Assembly: GCF_028641065.1 (NCBI RefSeq)
Contig: NC_073393.1
Coordinates: 20,212,001 to 20,276,000 of the forward strand
Direction: 5' to 3'
DNA length: 64,000 nt
From: Leucoraja erinacea
Lineage: Eukaryota
How positions within the stretch are numbered: the first letter of the stretch is position 1; each line of letters opens with the position of its first letter. Position numbers and translations under genes: made by a program. The notes below the pieces were generated by a model that had not been told where the DNA came from, searched no databases, and saw only the letters and a program-made list of their open reading frames with translations. Positions 48,601 through 62,219 of the stretch are shown here, one piece after another.

Positions 48601-51600
48601 ACAGGACTGTGTTCAAGAAGGAACTGCAGATGCTGGAAAATCGAACGTACACAAAAATGCTGGAGAAACTCAGCGGGTGCCGCAGCATCTATGGAGCGAA
48701 GGAAGTAGGCAACGTTTCGGGCCAAAACCCTTCTTCAGACTGATAGGGGGTGGCGGGGAGAAGGAAGGAAAAAGGAGGAGGAGGAGGAGCCCGGGGGCTG
48801 TTTCCTGGATCTCTAAGCTAAACTATGCTCTGCTATATTGATCATTGGGTCTTTGCGATTTATCAACCTTTAGTTTGACCAACCCCTCCAGTATAATTTT
48901 TTATTTAATGCTTATTTTGTTGGTTCTCGTTGTCACTTGGTTGTCCAATACCTCTTGCGGAATTTTGCAAACACAAAGCAGGGGCAACATGGTGGTTTAG
49001 CACCAGAGACCCGGGTTCGACCCTGACGCTGAGTGCTGCCTGTACTGCGTTTATATGTTCTCGCTATGACCAGTTTTCATGCTGCATCTCCCTAATTCAG
49101 TCATTTAAAAGACTTTTCCTTGTTGCCCATAATAAATCCTCCCCATCTCTCCTGCAAGGACACCATGTCTTCTTTTGTTTTCCTTCCTTTTAATGTGAAA
49201 GGTTTTCCTGATGATGGGAGTACCTTCAGGAAAGGTCTGAGAGATATTTGGTTCATTGCCTCATTGGAATATTCCATTTCTTCATTGTCCGCAGGGTGAA
49301 GAAGACCGAGGTATTTGTTAGAGATGCAGTGGAGGCCCGGCTGCGGATGATCATCCCGTACATTTACAACTGGCCACAGGTAGGGGTGCATCTGTCACCA
49401 AAGGGTATGACGTCAAATATGGACTGGTTGGATTCTGAGGGCACGAGGAAATATCACATCACTAGGATGGGGACATTGCCTTTCAGTCTGGTGTCAGCAC
49501 TGGACGCAGGACAGATCTGATCCCAGGGAGCAGGTCTCATGGGACCAGGCCCCACTGGACAAGGTCTTGGTGGGGGGAAGGTTCAAGGAAACACCCTGAG
49601 TCCAGGGGTATCCGAGGGAATGGGCTCCACCAAGCCCAGACGGGGGTTGCCTGAGCGAATAGATCCCACCAACTCCAGTCCGGGGATGTCTGTGAGCATG
49701 GTGGGAATGCTGTTGGCTCTTGGTTGGACATTTCATCTCTTACTTCCACACTCACTTGGGATCCAGTTCACAAAGAATATCAACGCTTCTCCATACACCA
49801 TCCTTCCTCCCATTCCCCAACGTAACCACTGAATATCCAGGCCCACGATGATGCCAGCAGAACAGTCAGCGCTTGCTTCCCCGTGGCTCTATTGGGGTTT
49901 ACGCCGATGTCTCTGGGCTGGGAGAAACCCTCCCGTTGTAGGTTGGCGACAGGTCTGTCACGACTGAGCTGCAAAAGTTGCCTGGGTCTGTATTCGTTAT
50001 TGAATGCTCATCAGTGGTAAAGAAGTAACTCAACTATCTCCTGTCTAATAGGCAATAAGCATTCTACTGATGCCGGAGAATGTTGCCGATAGTTTGAGGA
50101 GCCTGACGGAAATGGTGGGTGAGATATGGTACTACGCAGGGGACAAGTCTACAGACGTGAGTAAAGAGTGTGACTCACTATGTACATAACAGCGTGCAGC
50201 TGGCAGGAGTTCCTTTCACGGATTCAGCTGGCATGCGTCAGCAGAGGTGGCGAGTGAGAGCAATGTGGAAGGAGGCGAGGGCAGTAGGAAAGGGGAGGAC
50301 TGTCTGGGGAGGGGGATTAAAGAGGTATCAGGATGGAGGATTTGGTAGTATCATGTTTCACAGCTCCCGAGATCCAGGTTCATGGGTTACTTGGCCGTTC
50401 TAAATTGTAACCAACGAGCAGATTAGTGGCAGGAGAATCATCTGGTGTTGCAAAACAAGTTAAAGAAAAAACTTGCAGAACTGCAGAGCAAAGAGGGGCA
50501 AAAGGACTGATGGGGTTTCTGGGAGCACACACTCGATGGACTGAATGATCGGCTGCTGTGTTGAATGAGGAACTGAGCAGCTGGAATAGGAGAAAGAAAA
50601 GAAGGGTGGAGGATGGGTTTGGGGACTGGGAGATCATTGAGGGAGGCAGAGGAGGTGATGAGGCAGGAGATCAGCGAAAGAGAGAGCAGGTCTGCTTGAA
50701 GCTGGGGGTGAATGTTTCCTGGTGGCTCAGTGCCTGTCACAAGGAGCTCTCTCGCTCAATGCAGGGCAGCCCTTAGGGAGTTGGATGCTGCTCTTTGATG
50801 ATCTCTGCATTCTGTCACTGGGATATTTCAGGAGCCCGTTCTCACTGAGCGGTAGCTAGGGAGATGATAAACTCTCAGCTTGTCCTGTGTCACACATCCC
50901 CCTACTCCCTCAAACTGTCATGGTCCTCTGGAAAGTTACAAGACCAGAATACAGGCCACCATCAATCTGCCTGACAGGGTCAGAACACAGCCAACCAGCC
51001 ATGCACCTTCCTAACAGGGAGTGTGTACAGCCCATCAACCTGCCACTGCCTTAGGAGGCCAGAATATAGTCCATCAGCCCTGAGAACAACACATCGAACC
51101 TACCTCGCTCTGATTGATAGGGCTGGTGTACCGCCTGCAGGCCTGAAAGTCATACAGTGTGGAAACAGGCCCTTCAACCCAACATGCCCAAGCGGACCAA
51201 CGTACCCCATCTACACTTTTCCCATCTGCCTTCATTTGGCCCATATCCTTCTAAACCTATTCTATCCATGTAACTGTCCAAATGTATTTTAAAAGTTGTG
51301 ATGGTACCTGCCTCAAATACCTCCTCTGGCAGCTGGTTTCATATACCCACCACCCTTTGTGTAAAAAAAAAAGTTAATTCACAGGTTCCTATTCCCCTCT
51401 CACTATGTCCTCTGGTTCTTGATTTCCCTAATCTGGGTTAAAGACTGTACATTTACCCTGTCTATTCCCCTCATGATCTTATACATCACTATAAGATCAC
51501 CCCTCACCCTCCTGCGCTGCAAGGAATAAAGTTCAAGCCTGCTCAATCTCCCCTTATAGGTCAGGCCCTCATCTCCTGGCACATCCTTGTAAATCTTCTC

Positions 51601-54600
51601 TGCAGCCTTTCTAGCTTGGGAGGGGTCAGAGTACAGGCCGCTGGCCAATCCAGGCCCACCAGATGTTGGGACTGGAATGCAAGCCATCACCTACCTACCT
51701 ACTGCCTGACGGGGCCAGAGTACAGGCAGCTGGCCACCAGCAACACATCACCCCATGCCTGGCGAGGCTGGATTGCAGGCCATCGGCTCAGGCTGACGGC
51801 CCTACTTCCATCTATCTCGGTGATATCTGAAGGTTGGAGCTGTTGCTGTTGTCTGCTAACCTCCATTCAATTAATGAACCTCCACATCACGTGCAGCCCC
51901 AACAGCGGTCACCACAGCACGCGGGCACACCTCTTGCCAAAAATGTCTGCTGACCCTTATGCCTTTTCTTCCCTGAGCAGTTTAACTGGTACACAAAGAG
52001 GGCGATTCTGACTGGAATCTACAGCACCACAGAACTGGTGCTGGTGCAGGACTCTTCCCCAGATTATGAGAACACCTGGACCTTCCTTCATCACCGTGTT
52101 AGTGACGTGGTCAACATGGCTCATTCCGCCCAGCAGGTGAGTCGCTGGAGCTTCCATTTCAAAAAACAATAATGCAATCCTTATTGAGGATATGTGCTGT
52201 TGTATTGGGGTTGCTGGTCAGCACGGACTCAGTGGACCAAACGTCCTGTTTCCACACTGTATCTCTAAACTAAAACCAAACTAAGTAAAAATGCAATCAC
52301 CGAGAATCAATTAACACTGATCGGTAAGTTTACAGTAGGATCTTGATCAGTTGGGAAGGTGAGCCGAGGAATGGCAAATGAAATTTAATTCTGAGAAGTG
52401 TGTGGTGTTGTAGTTTTGCATGTCAAATTGGTGCAAGACTTGCACAGTAAATGATAGAGCCCTGGAGGGTGCTGCAAAACAGATATCTGAGAGTGCAGGT
52501 GCATAATTCCCTGAAAGTGGCGAATCAGGGCAGGACGGTAGGGAAGGCCTTTACTTGCTTGCCTTCATTGGGAAGTTGTGACATCATGATGTAGCTTTAC
52601 ATGTCATAGGTGAGAGCACACTTGGATCATTGGTGCAATGCTGGTTACCAAGCTATAGGAAGCATGTCATTCCTATAGCCTGGAAACAACAGGCAGGTGA
52701 GCCCTACATCACAGTTCAGAGTGGTAAAGGCAGTCATCAAACTATACACAGAAACAGCCATTTGGCTCATCTTGCAAGTTTAGTTTAGAGATACAGTGCA
52801 GAAACAGGCCCTTCGGCCCACCGAGTCTGCACCAACCACGATCCCCGTACACTGGCACTACCCTGACATTAGGGACGATTTACAACCAAAGCCAGTTAAT
52901 TTACCAACATGTGCATCTTTGGAATTTTGGAGGAAACGACAGCTCAAGTCACGGAGCCTGCGGAGCTGGCCAGCTTCGGAGCGTGGAGAGCAATGGTGGC
53001 TCGCTGCTGCGACCCGACTCCAGTGGATGGTGACACCGGGAGCTCGCGGGTCCCCGGTGGGAGACCACTTTGCGGGGCACCGGCAACGGCGACTTCTCCC
53101 GCTCGAATTGCGGGGTTGAGAGTGACCTGGAGCGGGTCCTTGCATCGCCCTGCGCGGCTTTAAATGGCCGCGTCCCGCCGGGGGCTCCAACATCAAGACC
53201 CGGAGCAGGGCCTTACATCGCCCGAGGCGGTTTTAAGTGGCCGTGGGACTTGCTAGCGCCCACCGGGGGCTTTGACTTTGACTTCGGGAGAGGAATGGAG
53301 AGCAGGGGAGAGACAAGACTTTGCCTTCCATCACAGTGAGGAGGAGATTCACTGTGATGGATGTTTGTGTAAATTGTGTTGGTGTGTGTCTTGGTTCTTT
53401 TCTGGTACGGCTGCAGAAACCAAATTTCGTTTGAACTTCATGTGAGGTTCAAATGACAAATAAACGGTATTGTATTGTATTGTTGAAAACCCACGTGGTC
53501 ATCGGGAGAACGTACAAACTCTGTACAGACAGCACCCGTAGTCAGGTTTGAACCTGGGCCTCTGGCGCTGTAAGTCAGCAACTCTACCCCTATGCCACCG
53601 TGCCGCCCTTGATCTATTTGTGGATCTCCACAGATGCTGCCTGACCTGCTAAAAATCACAGCAATTCTGGATTTCTAATTAGGTCCCACAATATGAAAAC
53701 CACAGCAAGATTTCATGCTCATAGTTAGTCCTATATGCTTACACCTGACCCCCATCTCTCTAACCCTTCATATCCATATTATTGTTCAAATGTCTTTTGA
53801 AAGTTGCATTTGTATGCACTTCTTCCGGTTCCTCTTCCAACTCATTGCAGATATGAACTGCCTCAGGGTGCAAAAGAAGTTCTCCAAGATGTTTAATTTA
53901 GAGATATAGCATGGAAACTAACACCAGGTTGTAACATCAACTTGTGGGCTTGATGTCGTAGGGAGAAGCTGGATAGGCTGGCTCTATTTTGAGAGTAGGA
54001 GGCTGAGGGGTGAGGGTTGGATAATTTAGTTTAGAGATACAGCGTGGAATAGACCCTTTGGTCTTCCGAGTGCGCTGACCAGCATATACTAGTTCTGTCC
54101 TATACACCAAGGACAATTTACAGAAGTCAATTATCCTACAAACCTGCACATCTTTGGAAAGTGGGAGGAAACCAGGGCACCTGGAAAAAAACCCATGTGG
54201 TCACTGGGAGATCGTACAAACTCCATACGAACAACACCCGTAGTCACGATCGAACCCGGGTCTCTGGTGTTTAAGGCAGCAACTATCGTTGTGCCATCAA
54301 TGTGCAAGATCATGAGAGATAAAATGAACATTGTTAATTTTCCAGAGTAGTGGATTCTAAAAGTAGAGGGCATTGGCTTAAGGTGTGAGGGGAGAGCTTT
54401 ACGAACGATATCGGGGATAACCTTTTCGAGCAGAGGCAGTAGATATCTGGAATAAGCTGCCAGAGGAAGCCATAAAAGTGGATGCAATTATGATTGTCAA
54501 AATTTGGATTGATATGTGGATAGTAGGAATTTAGAGGGATGAGGTGAGCCAATGGGCACGTTTCTGACACCATACAGCTCTATGACTCTACCGCTCATGT

Positions 54601-55315
54601 AGAGCTCACTGACCTGTAGTTTCCAGGCTTCACAACATTCACTATCTGGTACCTCACATCTACATGATCACAGGGATAACATGCACACTCCACACAGTGT
54701 CTCTGTGGTCAGGATTGAACTCTAGTTGTGAGAGCTAAGAAGTTGCAGCTCTTCACTGCGACAGTCCAAGCTGAACTTTGTAGTTTTTTTTCTCTGCAGG
54801 CTCAGTTAACAGGGAAGGCTGTGTGTCAGGGACTGCTGGGAGCTGCGGTTACAGTAAGTATCACACATTGAGTCCAGGCTGTGTAACTCCCGATTTCTCC
54901 TTGTGTGCTGTACGCAAGGGGCCAGGGGCTGTCTGACTATGCTGAGGTAACAGATTCCAGTTGATGGCAAGAGTATGTTTGATCTCTCCTAACCCCAGCT
55001 TAGTCTCTGCTCTTGAGCTCAACAGTAAGGGGGTAAGATAGAAATAGACAGCACCAGGCCCACTGCAGTTCAACGTCTCACTGTTCTGGCAATTGAGGAT
55101 CATGCCTGGTGACTGGGAGTGTTTCAGCACCAGTCATGACCAAGAAATGTCAGGTGGTGTTTTACAAAAAGTGAGGATGGGGAAAGATCGTCTAAGTCCT
55201 CCATTCCCCTTCTCCTCCCTGTGCCAAGTCTCCCTTCTTTAGCCATTGTAATGTGTGTTCTCTTGTTCTGTTTGCACAGGTGAAGAACTTAGCCGGGATC
55301 GCAAAGAATCGATGA
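42552..55315 (+). CDS. COQ9: Ubiquinone biosynthesis protein COQ9, mitochondrial; exons 42552-about 42639/42648 (donor uncertain), 43475-43589, 45750(45753)-45888, 47201-47343, 49295-49379, 50052-50156, 51981-52136, 54800-54853, 55280-55315
   Basis: Arg-rich targeting peptide [16 protein letters not shown]. Conserved blocks: [68 protein letters not shown]|[45 protein letters not shown]|VKNLAG. GT-AG introns with matching phases; AATAAA 55427-55432. Confidence 0.96.
48395..48830 (+). mobile_element. V-SINE with a nested Penelope-like repeat (about 48615-48790)
   Basis: SINE core 48395-48612. The reverse complement of 48711-48738 is CTGAAGAAGGGTTTTGGCCCGAAACGTT. Confidence 0.7.
51148..51615 (-). 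mobile_element. CR1 3' fragment
   Basis: ORF 51403-51690 [37 protein letters not shown]. Confidence 0.8.
52935..53483 (+). mobile_element. GC-rich SINE-like element with a LINE-type 3' tail, nested in an antisense V-SINE (52779-52932 and 53485-53610)
   Basis: Internal hairpin ccatcacagtga...tcactgtgatgg; tail aaatttcgtt..atgacaaataaa..(tattg)3. The SINE halves on either side join up. Confidence 0.65.
54027..54285 (-). mobile_element. V-SINE
   Basis: Reverse complement of the head (gatcgaacccgggtctctgg) and core. Confidence 0.75.
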
Positions 55316-55468
55316 GCTCTGCCTGTGGGCATGCAGGCAAAGACTTGGGGCTGTGTGTGTGAGAGCAGGGTTGTGTTACCTGCAGCCTTTGTGTTAGAAT
55401 CCAGATATGAAGCAATGTAGTGAGACAATAAACAATGGTAATTAATCTACTGTATGAATGATCATTCG

Positions 55469-58400
55469 AGTTTGAAGTTTGATCTGTATTTTATGAGGAG
55501 GAACGTTGAGGGAATACATGAAAGAAACCCGCTACGCGCATGCGTGTCATCCTTCAAAGCAGCGGTGTGAGGTCACAGATACCCTATATTGACCTAAAAT
55601 AGCAAGATTATCAAAGAGATACCAGCTGAAGATTTGACCCTATGAGGGTGGGAGCGGAGGGCATGTATTCCCTCAACGTTCCTCCTCATAAAATACAGAT
55701 CAAACTTCAAACTGGTAAGTTCTCGTTTAATCTTACTATTTTACTTCGGAGTCACGTGAGGGACTCCATGAAAGATTTCAAAGCTCTGTGACCTCATGCC
55801 GTGGAAACGAGTCCATGCTTCACAACTGCCTTGGTAGTTAGAGAGAAATTGTTAATTATATTCAAAGCATTCATACCAATTATTTAATGGAAATGATAAA
55901 TAATATCGAATTAATTGAAATCATAACCCTGTATTCTTCAGGGATAAATTATCATACAGAACTAAAATTGGTCCCCGAAAACACGTTCCCATACTGCTAA
56001 CTGGTTTGTTAACATTTCTGAAACGTATTCTCCAACAACCATCCTGCAATCCTGATGATTTGGTCCATGGATACATCAAGGCGTTTTGCTGCAGATGTAG
56101 CTGCAGCCCTGGTGGGGTGAAAATTAAATATGTTATTGTCCACTCCCGCCTATCAGACCATTTCGCGGTGGCAGAAATATGGGATATGAGTTACACTCTA
56201 TGGTACAGTATCTTAAAGCTGATTAAACGCCAATTCCTTGCCTCTGATAGCCTTTTTTCTTACTGTATAACAAAACCGTACTTTACTATACAGAGGCATT
56301 GTCCTCCGGGTAGGCCATCAATTCTATGACCTGCCCCGCTAATCCTGGCCTATTTTGTTTAATAATACGGTCTTGGATCACAAACCTCAATCTTCGTGCC
56401 GCAATAGTGAAGCCATCCAGTCTTACTTTTAGCAATAACTGGAGCTTATACACTGTGACTAGCGCTATCAGCATACCATTTCTAGTTAGTTATCCAGATT
56501 TAATGCTGTAGCCGGCGACCAATTCCTTAGCAAGATCAAAGCCACACTTACATTCCAAATATAATTATGTTACTGTTTCTTGCCATTAATAACTTGACAA
56601 TGCACTTTCGGCATTATTCACAGTGCTGAAACACAGTCCTCCATATTGCAGGCTGGTAAGCAACTGTAGCACCCCCGGAACATCCTTATTTCTGTGGTCC
56701 AGAAAGTTATCATGGCAGTAATTAGTCCATTTTAATAGGACGTAAATACTGTTATAGAGTAGACCTTCTTTGTGCTGCTGTGATCATGTCCACAGTTCTA
56801 TCGATAGCCCCATGTCCCATAGCGGTGTTATAGAGTCTACAACCTACTAAATCAATATTTTCTATGACATGGATAGCTATCCTCAGTTACTGGATGCACC
56901 AGCAACTTAGGACTACGGCTATCGTTATACATAGTTCCAGCACCATGTCCTGTACCCCGGGAAAACCATAGTTGGGTAAGCCAATCAGGTACTAAGACAT
57001 CCCCAATGCCGATTCCTGTTGAATGTCCCTTCGTACCCCAAATTTATAACTAGACAAGGAGGTAATACATAAATGGAAAACCCCTCCCCTAGTGCAGTGA
57101 AAACAGCATCTGTAGCTTCTGCCTCAGGATCTGGTATCAATGATACATACCTCGGTAACTGGTGATTTAACCCCGGATGCAATTCTAATATCCGGCCTTA
57201 CCTACTTTACTGATTTTAGCAAATACCATCTATCCAACATCCATTTAGTACTTCCAATAATTTTTCGTGGCCTGGTGTCTGCCACTGATTTAGTATCCCT
57301 GGTAGATATGTAGCCCATAACCAAATATTCCTTTGGACACACCATTCCCAACTTTAATTTGCCAATTCATCACAAGCTGGTGATATCTTTCCACCCATAT
57401 GACTTAAATATGCCATCACCGAGGTATTATCTATCTACCATCTAGCATGCTGCAGTTTCATTCCTGAGCAATAAGATTTTTGCCCATGAAATGCACTTAA
57501 CATTTCTAACCCTTAGTGTTATGTAGGTTAGCTTCTTATATATTCCATCTCCCCCATAGCTCGAGATGGTATCAGTTGTACCATAACCAATTGCACTGGC
57601 GTCTGTTTGTAATAGCACAGACGGGTTGTGAATAACTATTGGGTTTGGAGCAATACTAAACATTGTGTTCCCCACATTGTAATTCTTTTATAGCTTCTAT
57701 CATTTTCCCATTGGCCAAAATAAATGACCTCTATAATATATGCACCCATTAAACTCTGTGGCTTTCCATATTAGTAAAGTCATTAACATATTAAATGTGT
57801 TAATGGTGTCAATTTTGACTTAAGTGGATGGATAATGAATCCCAGCTGTTCAAACAATAGTTTAGTGGCAACCACTGGCTAACATGCCGATTCATAAGTT
57901 ATTCCCACAATAAGGATATCATCCAACTATACCATTACTCTATGATTTTGGTGTTGCAGCAGTCCCAACGCTGGTTTAAAATTTTTCCCCCTGTTGGATA
58001 TTGAGTAGCAAGGATCTTAAAGATTAATACTTGCCATACAGTAGTCTGCTGAACACTAAGTCTTTAGCACTGCTAAAAATATCCATTTTTAAAATGAATA
58101 TATTGCACAACATTGTGAAGTATTGATAATCCATAATAATACGGCAACCCCCATCTTTCTTATTTCTAATAAAGATATTTGAGACAAATCCTGTTGTTCA
58201 GGTTTGGTTTATTCCATTACCAGCATGTATATCTGTCCGGTATATGTTATACTGGAGGGTTTTGTTTGTGTAGAAACTCTATCAGATATCCCTTAAAACT
58301 GCTAAGGATATATCTGTCCATAGATATATTACACCACGCTTCAACATGAAGTTGCAATATCCCTCCAACTTCCGTGCTCCCTATTAATGCTGGAGCCCCA

Positions 58401-60379
58401 AATTCACCTACCTCCATGGTATTGGTGGTAACCAAGTTATTTTTCTTGGTTTCATATGCGGTTGTGGAGAGCCTAATGGTTAATGTTACTTATGCATCTT
58501 CCACAGTGGTCGTCCCGGCCCAAACCCTAAACAGGACGCTGCTGCTGGGTACCTCTGCCCAATTCTTTGTAGTATAATTACAAAAACACTACCTCTCTTA
58601 GGATGCACATGAGGGTAATGTCTTCCCCAGATAACCTTTGGATGCTTTAATCAGCCCCCCAAAGTGAAGCCTCCTCGCCAATTCTTTACCTGTTTAGACA
58701 GGTCTCCCCCCCCCCAAATAACGGGGTGTATAGCCCTTTGCTTACATAGTATAGCGAACTAGGGTGTAGAGCTGGCTTAATGGCCCTTCAAACTGCACAT
58801 TCCAAAAAAATAGTGCTAATGGCATCCTTGTGGTCACTAATATTGTACACCTTATTTAACATGCGGGCCAAAGCTGTTATGCCCGCCATGAGACCTTTCA
58901 GAGTATTACGGATTTTCCCAACTCCTAACGGCCTTCCCAACATGTCTGCAAATGCACCTGTAACAATGGCTACATTAAGAGCACCACAATATTCCGGGGT
59001 ATAGAAGCCTTGCCAACACTTCAGCAAAAATATTAGCTTGAACTTGATGGGTGGACTCACAGTCCTTCAATACTCACAGCCATCCTCTCGCAATCCTTCT
59101 CCGTGAGTTCTGCTGGCAGTACTGCTCATCATGTTCGGCAGGTTGTTTTCCCCCCCTTCAATAGGGGACAGTGGCTCCATCACCTGCTCAGGCTTTACCC
59201 CGTCAGACCTTCCATACCCTCCTAAGAGGCGTCCGACATTTCATGCAGCCAATATGGGAAACTGCTGTGGGACTTATATTATTATTTGCCCACTGTGGCT
59301 ACCTCCAATCCCGGAGCCTGCCAATATGGAGAATTTTACTCCAGCAAACCGCTCCAGCCGACTTACATGCTCTCGGGCACTCGTCGTCGCGGGTGCTTAA
59401 TATATGGGACCGCTCCTGCCGACCTTGGTGCTCTCGGGCACTAGTCGCACGCGGTATATCCCACAGCCCGTCCACATGCCTACGGGCACTGGACCGTTCC
59501 CCATGGTCCTGGTCCTCACGGGCACCTCTACCCATTTAGGGTGAAGTTTGGCACTCGCTCCCATCTGGGAGATGCTGGTGCCGACATTTATAGCTGGCTG
59601 CTGCTGGTCATTAAACAACAGCCCTTCAGCTCTATACTGACATCAGTCGGTGGCTCCCTGCTGTTCAGCATCCCACCAGTAACCACCTGTGGCTGTGGCC
59701 TGCCTTCCTTAGGTGGCTCCCTGCTGTTCAGCAACATACCAGTCTCTCCAGAATTCAGCAAGCACTCTGGAAAAAGCACCAAAAAAGGTAAGGGAAATTT
59801 GTTCTTACCTGTACTGGTTTTCAGCCTGCCGTTTTCGGAGGAACGTCCTTCCTCCCGCAGCCCCACGGACCCCGTAGCACAGGTCCATGGGCTGCTGTTC
59901 CCGATGTCTGCTCTCTCTCCCCCCGGGTGGTGCAGCTGATTTAATCAGCTGCGGAGCGCCGAACGACTGCGTCTAAAAATAGACCCGACTTGATCTAGAA
60001 ACTCCCCGGGCCGTGTAGCTTAGTTTCCCGCCCGGCAGCAGTGTCTTGCCGGTGCGGGGAACAACGTCGGGCACAGCTGTTCTGTGCTAAAAATAGCCGT
60101 TAGGGAAACCTCTCTGGAGGGTTCCCCGCTAACGGCTGCTGCTAGCTGGTTCTGGCTGCAACATTTCTACAGTCTCCCTCCAGCTCCTGCAGCTTCTTGT
60201 ATTTCCTACCTGCAAGGTAAGTGGAAAAATTTTGCAGTCTCTTACCTGCTTCTTTGCCTTTCTCTCTAGGGAGACGTCGTCTCCCACTTCTGACTCCTTC
60301 AATGCGTGTATGCGATATGACACGCATGCGCGTAGCGGGTTTCTTTCATGGAGTCCCTCACGTGACTCCGAAGTAAAAT
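55469..60379 (-). mobile_element. DIRS1-type tyrosine-recombinase retrotransposon, coding regions decayed, termini and ICR readable
   Basis: 34-bp ITR (55517-55550 = reverse complement of 60317-60350). ICR 55662-55713 is complementary to 55469-55520 and 55738-55775 to 60342-60379. Minus-strand remnants: RT V*LDDIL (about 57913-57935), RNase H LQTDAS.IGYG, MTase-like NHQLPRYVS..PDPEAEATDA..YVLPP, YR HPTRAAATS (about 56094-56119) and AGW..ENTF. Confidence 0.92.
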
Positions 60380-61494
60380 CCATTGCAGAGCTGGGATCAT
60401 GGTTATGGGCAGTAGTAACACACAGGAATTTGTGACCAAGAGAACTTCAATTATTGATAAAATTCAGACACTGCGAGGAAAATAGAAAAAAGGTTGGCCT
60501 TTGGAGGCATGGTTAGATATGTTCCACAGAGGGAGGGAGGAATATTACAGTCAGAGTTCTCCGGGGAGTGATTGGGAGCAGCAGAAAACAAAATGTGATA
60601 AGATGAGTAGGGAAGATTAAAGGAAGTAGAGGCGGAGAAAGTGCAGGAAAAGATTGATAGCAATCATTGAACGGAATCCAACATATCCGATAAGAACATG
60701 AACAGAGAATGGTTGCAAGGAGAGAGGGCTCTGACCAGAGGCAAAGAGGAAACAACACTGGAGGTGAAGAGAATGGCTGTGGTATAAAGAAAAGCAGTGG
60801 CCACTTGGAGGATCTACTATATGTCAGTCTTCACCAAGAAGAGTTCTGGAGTTTCAGCAGAATATAAGCGAAAGTCCAGCAGGAAGTGAAGTAGTTGATT
60901 CTTCAGTAGTGGTGCCCAGGACTGGAAAACTGCAAGTCTTGCAATCTTGGTTAAGATGTAGAGATAAGGCCAGTAAACACAGGAAGCCAATTTAACATCA
61001 ATTAATCCCAGACCCAATTATCAGGATGTGCGTCAAAGATCCCCATCCTCATCATGGCAGAGCAAGAACTGGGGATTTAATGTCTGACCCTCCTTCCATT
61101 TATGGACTTCAAAAAGACTTCTTGTAAACTGTTGGCTGGATTGACATCAAGATTGTAACCGTGCAATAAAAGGGCTGTTGCTACACGGACAAAAAAAGTA
61201 GCTGGGAACGGGACGTGTTGTTGTGTTTTATGGCGGGCGGGGGGGGGTGCGTACATAAAGACCAAAGTTTGGCCCATATCCCTCTAAACGTGTCCGATCA
61301 ATGTGCCCAAAGATCCTATAGCAGAGCCTGCTATAGGATCTTTGAATGTGCCTGCCTAATTGCTTCTTAAACATTGCGATAGTAGTACCTGCTTCAACAA
61401 CCTCCTCCCGCAAGTTCCATGCCCCACCCTTCCGTACCTTCTGAATTTTGTAGTCGGCAGGGCATATCGCCAACTTGGACAATTTTACTTCTTT

Positions 61495-62050
61495 TAATCA
61501 AGCCAATTTATCAAGCCAATTAACCTACAAACCTGTTTAAGAAGGTGCAGCAGCATCTATGGAGCGAAGGAAATGGTCAACGTCCTTCGCTCCATAGGAC
61601 GTTTCGGGCCGACGTCTGATGATACTGCTGATGCTGATGCACCCGCTGAACCTCTCCAGCATTTTTGTGTACCTTCGATTTTTCAGCATCTGCAGTTCCC
61701 GCTGATTTTCTCCAGCATTTTTGTGTACCTTTAACCTGTACGTCTTTGGGGAAACCGAAGATCTCGGAGAACGTTTCGGCCGGAAACGTCGCCTATTTCC
61801 TTCGATCCAAAGATGCTGCGGCACCCGCTGAGTTTCTCCAGCATTTCTGTGTATCTTTAACCTACAAACCTGTACGTCTTTGGAGTGTGGGTGTGGTGGG
61901 CTGGTGGTGGGGGGGACCGAAGATCTCGGAGAAAACCCACGCAGATCACTGGGAGAACGTACAAACTCCATGCAGACAGCACCCATTGAACCAGGTCTCT
62001 GGCGCTGCATTTTGCTGCAAGGCAGCAACTCTAGCGCTGGACCACCGTGA
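61495..62050 (-). mobile_element. Cluster of rearranged palindromic Penelope-like fragments and a V-SINE
   Basis: Repeated gcacccgctgagtttctccagcatt..gtgta and accgaagatctcggagaa segments; SINE head at about 61985-62050. Confidence 0.65.
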
Positions 62051-62219
62051 CCTTTGTGTGGAAAAGGTTACCACTCAGATTCCCATAAAATCTTTCCCCC
62101 TACAGTTACTTTTCGTTGTTCTCAACTGATACAAGGGGGTTCAGATCAGTTACAGACATGGAGAGGGGGTGGTGTGGGTGGGGGGTGAGGGTGATGTCAG
62201 GCTGGGAATGGAGGCAGGC

